Shown here: piece after piece, positions 1-7,667 of the stretch
How positions within the stretch are numbered: the stretch's first letter is position 1
Layout of the letters: each line of letters begins with the position of its first letter
IMG/VR virus record: IMGVR_UViG_3300036845_000533
Coordinates: 1 to 53,517 of that record
Source of the DNA: a virus
Taxonomy: Duplodnaviria; Caudoviricetes
DNA length: 53,517 nt
Direction: 5' to 3' (one strand)
Notes under the pieces: model-generated
Seen by the model: the letters and a program-made list of their open reading frames with translations, nothing else
Databases searched by the model: none
What the model was told of the DNA's origin: nothing
Made by a program: the position numbers and the translations under genes

Positions 1-7
1 GTCTGGA
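1..7. repeat. Terminal direct repeat gtctgga, left copy (circular join near the probable cos region)
   Basis: Bases 1-7 equal bases 53511-53517. The join places the HNH gene directly upstream of terS. Confidence 0.7.
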
Positions 8-60
8 GCCTTCCCGATTCCAGAAAAAGAGACCGCCTATCCCCCTCGACGCGTCTCCGG

Positions 61-423
61 CTACCCCTCCCCATGGGTCTCCCGCCAGGTCTTCGAGCTG
101 TGGCATACATGGCAGGCGCTTTGCAGGTTGCTCCATTCCAGGCGACCGGCCGGCCAGTCGCGGATGGGAATCTTGTGATCTACCTCGCTGGCCGGGTGAC
201 CGGGGCAGTGCGTCCTGAGTTCGCAGACTGGATTCGCAGCCACCTTGGCCGCGCGCAGGCGAAGCCACTGCGTATCATATCCTCGCGACCAGGCGCTGCC
301 GCGAACAGTCTCGACAGTCCGCGCATGCCTGACGCATCGGCCATGCTCGACAAGCTCCGGGCATCCCGGATAAGCACAGGGCCGCTTAGGGAGCGCGGTG
401 TTGCTGGTGGGAAAAATCGACAC
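61..423 (-). CDS. HNH endonuclease, HK97 gp74-like packaging cofactor
   Basis: CAYPGC..C..H N-terminus, SAWSRGYD, EVDHKIP...NLQSACHVCHSSKT; adjacent to terS across the join. Confidence 0.9.
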   Translation of the reverse strand: MSIFPTSNTALPKRPCAYPGCPELVEHGRCVRHARTVETVRGSAWSRGYDTQWLRLRAAKVAANPVCELRTHCPGHPASEVDHKIPIRDWPAGRLEWSNLQSACHVCHSSKTWRETHGEG

Positions 424-650
424 GACTGACTATTACCGGCCCATGGGAGCCGGGACAAAGAACCGGGACTCGGAACATCGTCGACTGCCGAGGCAGGTAT
501 TGCGGCCCGTACCGCTGCCCCGCGAAAAGGGCGATTAGCAGGACGATAACATACTTCGCAGAATAATCACAGGTTTTTGCACGGCGACCTCATCTGACAG
601 TTTTTTGGGTTTGCTTCCCTCACAGCACACGTTTATGCCGGCAAACGCCC

Positions 651-685
651 AAAGGGGCTGCGTCCAGTCTCCTGAAGGCAGCCCC
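651..685 (-). terminator. GC-rich hairpin with GAGA loop, possible weak terminator
   Basis: ggggctgc (654-661) pairs with gcagcccc (678-685); only 3 U follow on the minus strand. Confidence 0.45.
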
Positions 686-716
686 CGGCTGGCGTGCGTG
701 AATTCGTTACAGAACT

Positions 717-1049
717 TTACTGATCCTCCACCTTGACCAGAGCCTCCAGTGCGTCCTGGGTATCAATCTCACCTTCCCAGTACGAGATGAGTGTAGACCG
801 ATTTAACTCAATCCACCCGCGAAGCAAAGTTAACGCCTGGGTTTCCATTTTGCCTTCCAGGACCTTGATCCCTGGGCGAACCCCAACTGTCGCCATATCT
901 CCGGGCACTGCTTTGGCGCTCGATGAGACCTTCACGCGAACATCATGGCGCGCGCCGCCGCGTACTGAAATCCAGACCACGAAAGGTAGCCCCGTGTGTT
1001 TCGGGAATAAATTTGCCATCTCGTAAGGAGCCTCTACCGAGCCGATCAT
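717..1049 (-). CDS. Hypothetical protein, DUF4160-like
   Basis: GGAGG RBS; MANL...TGLP.VVWIS...H..RVKV...VLEG...WIELN...YW pattern. Confidence 0.55.
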   Translation of the reverse strand: MIGSVEAPYEMANLFPKHTGLPFVVWISVRGGARHDVRVKVSSSAKAVPGDMATVGVRPGIKVLEGKMETQALTLLRGWIELNRSTLISYWEGEIDTQDALEALVKVEDQ

Positions 1050-1104
1050 TTCACCTCCACTTTTCGCGGTCGCCCGGTCTTGCGCTCGCGGGCTGCTTCT
1101 ATGT

Positions 1105-1150
1105 TATGTAAGTATTTTACTTGCATACTTTGTACGCATTTTGCTAACAT
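1105..1150 (+). promoter_or_regulatory. higBA promoter with overlapping operator palindrome
   Basis: Inverted repeat tatgtaagta/tacttgcata (1105-1127), TTGCAT at 1121, extended -10 TGcTAACAT at 1142-1150. Confidence 0.6.
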
Positions 1151-1155
1151 TAAAT

Positions 1156-1449
1156 GTGAACGTGATCAACCGGCGAACGCTGGTGAGATTCGGGGAAGAA
1201 TACCCCGCCGCAAAGAACGCTCTCTTTGGTTGGTACAGGCTTACGAAATCTGCGAAGTGGCACAGTTTTCAGCAAGTTCGTGACGCGGTCCCAACCGTCG
1301 ATCAGGTCGGCAAGGTGCTCATCTTCAATATCGTCGGAGGCGACTACCGCCTGATCGTTCGCGTTTCCTACAACTCGCAACGCCTGTACGTTAAGGCTCT
1401 CATGAAGCACAAAGAATATGATCGCAAGGAGTGGATGAAATGGGCATAA
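1156..1449 (+). CDS. higB: HigB-family toxin (mRNA interferase)
   Basis: NVINRRTL..F...W....W...V...IFNI.GGDYRLIV.V.Y..Q.LYV....HKEYDR; toxin-first order; GTG start at 1156 inferred. Confidence 0.9.
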   Translation: MNVINRRTLVRFGEEYPAAKNALFGWYRLTKSAKWHSFQQVRDAVPTVDQVGKVLIFNIVGGDYRLIVRVSYNSQRLYVKALMKHKEYDRKEWMKWA

Positions 1450-1841
1450 CGACTCTCGACCCGGTAGCCTACGGCAAGCTGCTTGCCGCGGAGTTGCCAA
1501 AAGCAATTGCAAACGACGAAGAATTCGACCGTATGGTCGAGCGCCTGGAAGCCCTGGATTTTTCAGATCGAGCGCTCACGGCCGAGGAGGTGGCGCTTCG
1601 CGATCTACTGGCTACTCTCGTTGAAGCGTACGACGATCAGGTTGAGATCCCTGACGTACCTCCCCACAAGATGGTGCAATTTCTCATGGAACAACGCAGC
1701 CTGAAACAAGCGGACCTGGTTGCACTGTTAGGTTCGCGCGCTCAGGTGTCGGACCTTGTGAATGGGCGCCGCGGCATCAGCAAGGCGCAAGCCAAGAAGC
1801 TGGCAGGTTTCTTTCATACCAGCGTCGAAGCATTTCTCTAG
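1431..1841 (+). CDS. higA: HigA-family antitoxin with HTH
   Basis: LATLVEAYD...FLMEQRSLKQADL..LLGSRAQVSDLVNGRRGISK..AKKLAGFF. Confidence 0.9.
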   Translation: MDEMGITTLDPVAYGKLLAAELPKAIANDEEFDRMVERLEALDFSDRALTAEEVALRDLLATLVEAYDDQVEIPDVPPHKMVQFLMEQRSLKQADLVALLGSRAQVSDLVNGRRGISKAQAKKLAGFFHTSVEAFL

Positions 1842-1848
1842 GCTGCGT

Positions 1849-2151
1849 ATGCGCGCATGTACCGTCCAGATACCCTGTACCCAGGGCGGCCACTACGAGC
1901 ATCGAGTTGAGGCCAGCAGTTCACTGGACGCGGCATCGAAGGCCCTGGCGAAGCACGAAGAATACGCGAGAACGGGGAAGCTGAGTAAACCAAATCCACT
2001 TAGGCCATCGGACACCATCGTCGTGTACGCTGAGGGCGCCGCGAATGGGACGTCGTTCCGGGCCGGCGATCCGCAGCACCACGAATATCGTTACACCGTG
2101 GCGAGGGTGCGCGAGTGGCGATCGCTCGGGACCAGAAGCTGGGGCCAGTAG
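1849..2151 (+). CDS. Hypothetical protein directly downstream of higA
   Basis: ATG 7 nt after the higA stop; about 100 aa. Confidence 0.5.
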   Translation: MRACTVQIPCTQGGHYEHRVEASSSLDAASKALAKHEEYARTGKLSKPNPLRPSDTIVVYAEGAANGTSFRAGDPQHHEYRYTVARVREWRSLGTRSWGQ

Positions 2152-2423
2152 TGCCGGTGCCCGAAGCAGCGGCAGGAAGCTAGCCGTTCGATCTGGATCC
2201 CAAAGGAACCCGGCCTTAAACCTAACTGTTCGATTCTGACCTGCCCCTGTACATAGCCGGTTGCCGCGTTGGTGAGTTCGATCTCAACGACAGCCTTCGC
2301 ACGCTTCTTCCTAACCTTGGCCAGGCCGCAATCAATCAGGTGTGCGGCAGCGCCGGCGGATTTGTAGAAGACCGCGGCGCCGCGATACACCGCGACCCGG
2401 TGAGCGAATCGGAATTTGAGCAT
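2091..2423 (-). CDS. Hypothetical protein
   Basis: 110-aa ORF, convergent with and overlapping the previous ORF. Confidence 0.45.
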   Translation of the reverse strand: MLKFRFAHRVAVYRGAAVFYKSAGAAAHLIDCGLAKVRKKRAKAVVEIELTNAATGYVQGQVRIEQLGLRPGSFGIQIERLASCRCFGHRHYWPQLLVPSDRHSRTLATV

Positions 2424-2514
2424 TTAGCCGAAGGTAACATGTAACTCAAGAAATGAGCGCGCAACGTCGGTTGTCGGACCTCCACGCTCATTTGAAGAGT
2501 CACGGTCCACGGAA

Positions 2515-3147
2515 TTACTTGAGGGTATCGACTCGCTGCGACTGTCTGGCTCTTGACTGACGCTCCAACTCCGACTTTAAGGAAACCATGATTACGACCG
2601 AGACGTCGTGAATCTCTCCGCTCTCACTTGCCATGGCTATCACGGAGTCTCGAACCCACGTGGCTGATCTGAATTGAAATTGGGCTCCGTAGGCATTCTG
2701 TCTGGTCTCCACGTCGGTTCCCGTCGGCTCGCCGAATCTCGCCTTCATGTCGCTCAGGACATCAGCGTACCCAACGGCGTGCCGCCATACAGATAGTTGC
2801 CCGAGTTTACCGCCTGAGAATATCCCGTAATCCAACGCTACGTCAAAGATGTCGTCATGGACTAAGCCATCACCCAAAGGCACCTTCACGCCGTCTCGAC
2901 CGGCAAGAGCGTCCGCGTAATCGTTGCACAATGTAACACTCACCTTCGCCTTCCGCGCTTGTTTTTCCGTGGCAACGCCAGCACACCGCGTCAGGTAGTC
3001 ACTGAGATGCGCCGTGCGACCGACAAATTGCTGAAAGCTTTCGCCGATTACGTGGCCCTTAATTGGCATCGCAGTCTGGGCGGCACAAGTTGCCGCAGCG
3101 ATGATAAGTAGGCTACCGAGCCCAAGACTTCTAGTTCTTACCGACAT
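2515..3147 (-). CDS. Putative exported protein
   Basis: Signal-peptide-like N-terminus (RTR-hydrophobic-CAA|Q). Confidence 0.65.
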   Translation of the reverse strand: MSVRTRSLGLGSLLIIAAATCAAQTAMPIKGHVIGESFQQFVGRTAHLSDYLTRCAGVATEKQARKAKVSVTLCNDYADALAGRDGVKVPLGDGLVHDDIFDVALDYGIFSGGKLGQLSVWRHAVGYADVLSDMKARFGEPTGTDVETRQNAYGAQFQFRSATWVRDSVIAMASESGEIHDVSVVIMVSLKSELERQSRARQSQRVDTLK

Positions 3148-3443
3148 CCGGCCCGCTCCGTTTTATCCTTAGCCTTTCCCGCGGCCGTGGTCTGCCACTG
3201 CATATTCGTAGGTGAATCCTTACCGCCGCAAGCGAGCGGTTTGACGTGGTCCTTCACGTAGCCCGGGCAGGCGCCGGATGTCTTGCCGGTTGACGGGCAG
3301 GGCTGCTCGCGCTGGAACTCTGACTTAGCGGTATTACTCCGGGCGATGCGGCCATTTTCGTTGCGTGCGCAGGAGGTGCATTTATTCGCGGCTGGGTACG
3401 CGGCGAGGGTAAGCAGGAGAGATGAGAGTACGAATTTGGTCAT
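3138..3443 (-). CDS. Signal-peptide-bearing small HNH-like protein
   Basis: MTKFVLSSLLLTLAAYPA; CPSTG...CPGYVKDHVKPLACGGKDSPTNMQWQT. Confidence 0.75.
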   Translation of the reverse strand: MTKFVLSSLLLTLAAYPAANKCTSCARNENGRIARSNTAKSEFQREQPCPSTGKTSGACPGYVKDHVKPLACGGKDSPTNMQWQTTAAGKAKDKTERAGCR

Positions 3444-3480
3444 TAGGGATTGGTTTACTGATGGATGGCGGGATTGAGGC

Positions 3481-3927
3481 TCAGTGCTTTTTCTTCTTCT
3501 TCGGTGCCCCGAAAGGTTGCGTCTCGCACATCCGTTTGACGTCGCGCGAGATTAATCCAGACGAGGCAGCGAACACCATCTCACCCTTCTTATCGAAAAC
3601 CGCAAGGTTCTGGTGTTGGGACCAAACAGTCAGGTCTTGCTCGACGCGGATAAAGTAATCGGCGGTGTCCTCTTTGCTCACGACCAATAAAGAGGGGCAC
3701 TCTTTGTAAACTTGGGCCATCACCGCGGTCGTGAACTTCGATTGCCCGGCCTGGGACATCCCGAAGGCGCTAGCTGTTTGCGAACTAACCGCGCCTGCGT
3801 TGAAGCTACTCGCACGCCATGTCTCACTGTCGGAGACGAAGACACGGATTTTCGGCTGATCGTCGGCGAAGGCAAGGAACGTAAACACACCAATTCCGCC
3901 GAGTCTCAGGATTTTAAGGATTTTCAT
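3481..3927 (-). CDS. Putative exported protein with poly-Lys tail
   Basis: Signal peptide ending AFA; C-terminus PKKKKKH. Confidence 0.65.
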   Translation of the reverse strand: MKILKILRLGGIGVFTFLAFADDQPKIRVFVSDSETWRASSFNAGAVSSQTASAFGMSQAGQSKFTTAVMAQVYKECPSLLVVSKEDTADYFIRVEQDLTVWSQHQNLAVFDKKGEMVFAASSGLISRDVKRMCETQPFGAPKKKKKH

Positions 3928-4025
3928 AATTCTAATTCTAATTTTATCACGTTATAAATAGCACTATTTCTATGAGGTTCGTGAAATATTAGGGGTGTTT
4001 TTTAACTGAATAGTTAAAGTGCTTT
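3928..4025 (-). promoter_or_regulatory. AT-rich promoter region for the exported-protein cassette
   Basis: Very AT-rich; TGaTAAAAT and tandem TAGAAT just before the ATG; short palindromes aaatagcactattt and tttaactgaatagttaaa. Confidence 0.5.
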
Positions 4026-4119
4026 TCGGGGTCGAATCCATGCCCCGGCTGGTCATACTGGACACACTATCGAAGCTCGTGAAGATCTGGCGCGGTACCC
4101 GCAGATGAATTCCGAATCA

Positions 4120-4314
4120 TCATGGTTCGGTGGGATTGACGGTCTGTCGGTGAGACCACTTCATGAGTTCTGCCACGGTCGTCGTCGACGGCAACGTGCC
4201 GGCACAATGTCTCAAGTAATCGGCGAGCAATTCGTCGAGCGCCTTATGCAGCTTGATGTGCCGCTTGCGGTGTTCCTCCGGCGTCATGCGCCTGGTTGGG
4301 CCCTTGGCGTTCAT
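4120..4314 (-). CDS. Hypothetical phage protein
   Basis: ATGA overlap with the upstream gene. Confidence 0.6.
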   Translation of the reverse strand: MNAKGPTRRMTPEEHRKRHIKLHKALDELLADYLRHCAGTLPSTTTVAELMKWSHRQTVNPTEP

Positions 4315-4532
4315 GCGCTCTCATCGGATTCCGCCGCCACGTTGTACGGCCTGTAGTTCGGGTTTCCTTCGTTTACCGCGTCGGCCAGCCTGATCCATGC
4401 GCGAACCGAACTGCTTCCGGCGCCGTTTTCTTTTGAGGACCAGCCCGCGGCAATTCCCAGAGCGAGGTTGATCGCGCTGTATTGGTCGCTCGTAAGCGTG
4501 AGCGTTACAGTGTCGCCGTCGCGCTTCATCAT
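4311..4532 (-). CDS. Hypothetical phage protein
   Basis: ATGA overlaps on both sides. Confidence 0.6.
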   Translation of the reverse strand: MMKRDGDTVTLTLTSDQYSAINLALGIAAGWSSKENGAGSSSVRAWIRLADAVNEGNPNYRPYNVAAESDESA

Positions 4533-4960
4533 GGCTCGATGACCTCGACCCTCGTCACAGTAATCAAGTCCCGCGCGGATAGCCAGGCAATCGTACTCTC
4601 GAAATCGCCTTCATCGTCGGGCGGCTCGAAGACCTGAACCGCCAGGGGCGAGATGGTGCCATCCATCATTTGGGCTGCCGTCAGTAACATATCGGTTAGG
4701 CTTTCCCGCAGGTAAGTGAGCGCACCTTCCTGCTCTTTCGGATCTACTTCGAACCACGCGTCGTGATCCACGTAGCGAAAGCGGTGCCGCATCATGATCT
4801 GGCCCGTCGCGCGGTTCTGGACAATAAAGGCGCGAAAGAAGGCCTCCCCGCCACGGTCGGTTAAGCGCGCCGCCACCTCGTCATCGAGTATGATCAACGC
4901 CAGGAGTTTTTCCTCGTTACTCATCCAGCCAACATTGCCGGGTATTTCCGGGTTCTTCAT
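4529..4960 (-). CDS. Hypothetical acidic protein
   Basis: Start MKNPEIP downstream of GGAGG. Confidence 0.6.
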   Translation of the reverse strand: MKNPEIPGNVGWMSNEEKLLALIILDDEVAARLTDRGGEAFFRAFIVQNRATGQIMMRHRFRYVDHDAWFEVDPKEQEGALTYLRESLTDMLLTAAQMMDGTISPLAVQVFEPPDDEGDFESTIAWLSARDLITVTRVEVIEP

Positions 4961-4970
4961 GCCTTGATCT

Positions 4971-5639
4971 TCACCTCCTCGACTCTGGAAGCCACTTATC
5001 AAATCTCGCGCGGGCATGGTCGAGCGCTTCAATCCCGCCGCGCTCCGTCCGCGCGATCGCAAGCAGATTCGGCAACCCGGTTTCTATTGACTCCATAACC
5101 TCGGCCCGCGTTGCCTCTCGTCCGCACGCAATCCACTCCACGGATTCCGGTTCTCCCATTTGGATCAGAGTCCCGTTGTCTACTTTGAAAACTTCGTACT
5201 CCCTCGTATGCCAGAGCATGACAACTCCGGGATTTCGTTTTAGGCCGAAACCGGCCGCGTTCCCCGCAATGGCTGCCGTCAGCTGGTCTTCCCTGCGGAC
5301 CATGCGGGGATTGTTGAGGAACGGGCAGTTCGCAGCGGACCAGGCCGCACATTCCCGATGGCACGGAGGCTCGCTCGATGTCCGGTTGATCCCGCACATC
5401 GGCCCGCCCACGAAAGTTACGTGCACACCCAGCCTCGCGCCGCACACCCAGCAGAGCCTTTCCCGGATGGCTCGAAAGAACTTCTTCCGGTCCATCGCGC
5501 GAAATTCCGGCTTCCCATCCAGCCAGTCCACAAACCACGGCACCACATAACCCCGATCGTCGACGGGGAGGCCGGCCATCCGTTGAGGCAAGGGCTGCAA
5601 CTCGGAACGCAGTCCTGGACATTTCGTTATAGGGTTCAT
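4971..5639 (-). CDS. Conserved Cys/His-motif phage protein
   Basis: GYVVPWFV..GKPEFR, CWVCG, GPMC, EPPCHREC, CPFL. Confidence 0.75.
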   Translation of the reverse strand: MNPITKCPGLRSELQPLPQRMAGLPVDDRGYVVPWFVDWLDGKPEFRAMDRKKFFRAIRERLCWVCGARLGVHVTFVGGPMCGINRTSSEPPCHRECAAWSAANCPFLNNPRMVRREDQLTAAIAGNAAGFGLKRNPGVVMLWHTREYEVFKVDNGTLIQMGEPESVEWIACGREATRAEVMESIETGLPNLLAIARTERGGIEALDHARARFDKWLPESRR

Positions 5640-6553
5640 ACTTTGATCCTCACTTCCCGTGGGGCAACCTCCTTACCCTTGGTGCCACGGATCACCGATG
5701 GCTGCCAGACGAGCTGCTTGTACTTGCCGAAGAGTCCGCGGCCTTCGCGGTAGTCTTTGAAGTGCCCCCGGCAGATGTGCATGGCTTTCGCTAGTCCGTT
5801 CGCTGCAGCATTGCCCTGCGTCTTCAGGATCTGCTTCAGCGGTTCAATCTCGAGCGTATGAAACGGCGTGGGCCAGATCCCCGTCCGCGCGTGATACTTT
5901 TTAGCCAGCGGCGCCGGCGTCTCCTGGTCGACCACCTTCACGTTCTTGCAGTGCAGGAACGACACCGCCAGGAGCGCCGGATGGAGAAGCGTCAGGCATC
6001 CCGAGAGCACATCGTTCCACCTGGGGTCCGCGTAGCACTGCATGTGCGGTGTACCAACCAGCGCGCCGTCTTTATCGACCATGAAGAACCACGTACCCGC
6101 CGGCCCTTCGATGGGTTTGTTCCGGCAATTATAGTCAGTGAAAATCTCGGCCGCCAAGATCCACTTCACGTTGTCGGGTACATCTTCGCCCTGCCAGGAT
6201 TCCGCCACCATCCAGAGAACGCCCATCCGCGCGGCGCGGCCGAGATTGGCTGATACGTTTGTATCTCCGTACTTATCGCTATGAATCGTCTGGGGCAGTT
6301 TGTGCTCGGTCCAGAACATCTCATACGGTGGCGCCAGGTTCGGGAAGTCGCGCGTCAGGTCCCAGAATTCCTGGCCGGTGCCGCGGAAGTAGTAATCCGC
6401 AACGTTATCGATCAGCAGGACGGGAAACTCCTCCGCATAGATCGCCCGGATATGCCGCGCGTGTTGCGACCACTTACCTGCATACTGGTCGGCAATCCAC
6501 CAGGGCATCCCGAGCCGGTCGGCTGCGCGCACGTCGTCAATCAAGCGCGCCAT
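5636..6553 (-). CDS. Hypothetical phage protein with C-terminal HxxRGH motif
   Basis: MHICRGHFKDY; long ORF coupled to the next gene. Confidence 0.7.
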   Translation of the reverse strand: MARLIDDVRAADRLGMPWWIADQYAGKWSQHARHIRAIYAEEFPVLLIDNVADYYFRGTGQEFWDLTRDFPNLAPPYEMFWTEHKLPQTIHSDKYGDTNVSANLGRAARMGVLWMVAESWQGEDVPDNVKWILAAEIFTDYNCRNKPIEGPAGTWFFMVDKDGALVGTPHMQCYADPRWNDVLSGCLTLLHPALLAVSFLHCKNVKVVDQETPAPLAKKYHARTGIWPTPFHTLEIEPLKQILKTQGNAAANGLAKAMHICRGHFKDYREGRGLFGKYKQLVWQPSVIRGTKGKEVAPREVRIKV

Positions 6554-6586
6554 CTGCTTAACCGCCCCACACAATTGCGCGCAGCT

Positions 6587-6829
6587 TCATAGCACCATCC
6601 GTAGGGGATATGCCAGGATGCCGGCGTCGCGCGGCTTGGCCTGCTCGACCAGGTCCAGGTCAAATTCGCGGTGGTCGAACTCTTCGCCCTCGCGCACCGC
6701 GATCCGCGTAATGAACGCGTGACACGGAACGCCGCCGAGCGTATGTCCTTCCCAGATCCGCGCGGGAACATCGACGCCATCCACAACCATCCGAATCACT
6801 TGCGACGTGCTTTCCAGAACAATCTTCAT
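6587..6829 (-). CDS. Hypothetical phage protein
   Basis: MKIVLEST...VPARIWEG.T..GVPCH.FITRI. Confidence 0.65.
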   Translation of the reverse strand: MKIVLESTSQVIRMVVDGVDVPARIWEGHTLGGVPCHAFITRIAVREGEEFDHREFDLDLVEQAKPRDAGILAYPLRMVL

Positions 6830-6904
6830 GTGTCTTCGATCCTTTCTTTGCAACCTTGCTTTTAAGCAGTCTTACGTTCCGTCAATTCGAGTAATTATAT
6901 AACC

Positions 6905-7294
6905 TCATTCCGCGGTGCCCAGTGGAATCTCGACCAGAACCATCGCGCCCGCTGTCCGCGCGATCACATCGCAGATCCGTTTGGGTGAGCGTTCGACCGT
7001 CACACGCTGGCGGTCATCAACCAACAGGTACATGTGGCGGCCATCGATCCGGATACCGTCCCGGCGAAGCCGCCCCAGAATCAGGCGGCATTTCTGTAGC
7101 GAGATTTTCTTTTGGCGAAGGGCCGCAATCAGACGAACTTCGGCCAGCTCGCGCGGACCGTAAATCCTTCTGCCGTGCGCGAGCGCAGGACACACCAGGT
7201 TTCTCTCATCCCACCACTGCAGTTGGCGCAGGGTGATTCCGGCAGACTGGCTGACGGCGTTGCTGCTCCATCCCTCGAGCGTTGCGCCCTGCAT
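6905..7294 (-). CDS. MerR-family transcriptional regulator
   Basis: AGITLRQLQWWDERNLV.P..GRRIY..LRQKKISLQ. Confidence 0.85.
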   Translation of the reverse strand: MQGATLEGWSSNAVSQSAGITLRQLQWWDERNLVCPALAHGRRIYGPRELAEVRLIAALRQKKISLQKCRLILGRLRRDGIRIDGRHMYLLVDDRQRVTVERSPKRICDVIARTAGAMVLVEIPLGTAE

Positions 7295-7298
7295 GCCG

Positions 7299-7667
7299 CT
7301 ATTCCTCACTCGCAGCAGCAAGAGTTACTTCTCTACATCGGCACGCTTTGGCGGCCGTCGTCTTGTCGGCGCGCTCGATGATCTGCCAACCGGTTCCATT
7401 GCAGTGCGGACAATTCTTACTGCTCGGTAATGGTGCGCTGGTCGTCGCCGTATTCTTGACCGGATGAAAGTAGTGGTAGATCTGGGCCGGCATTGGCGCC
7501 TGGATCTCGTCCTGTAGCCACCTTGTCACGAATACGCGTGCCGCTCCTACAGAGGGCGCAGTCTCCAGCATGTCCACCAGAATTTCTTGCGCTTCTTCAG
7601 CGTCGGGATAGTGCGGTAAAAAGCGCAATCGCCGGACTTGCTCAAGTGCGGTTTGGCGGGCAATCAT
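7299..7667 (-). CDS. Replication-associated protein with Zn finger
   Basis: CPHCNGTGW...ACRC; coupled to the initiator gene. Confidence 0.6.
   Translation of the reverse strand: MIARQTALEQVRRLRFLPHYPDAEEAQEILVDMLETAPSVGAARVFVTRWLQDEIQAPMPAQIYHYFHPVKNTATTSAPLPSSKNCPHCNGTGWQIIERADKTTAAKACRCREVTLAAASEE

Noticed and set aside
6860-6904. TATAAT on the minus strand upstream of the 4120-6829 gene block
   Set aside because: There is no matching -35 or extended -10, so it is too weak to call as a promoter.
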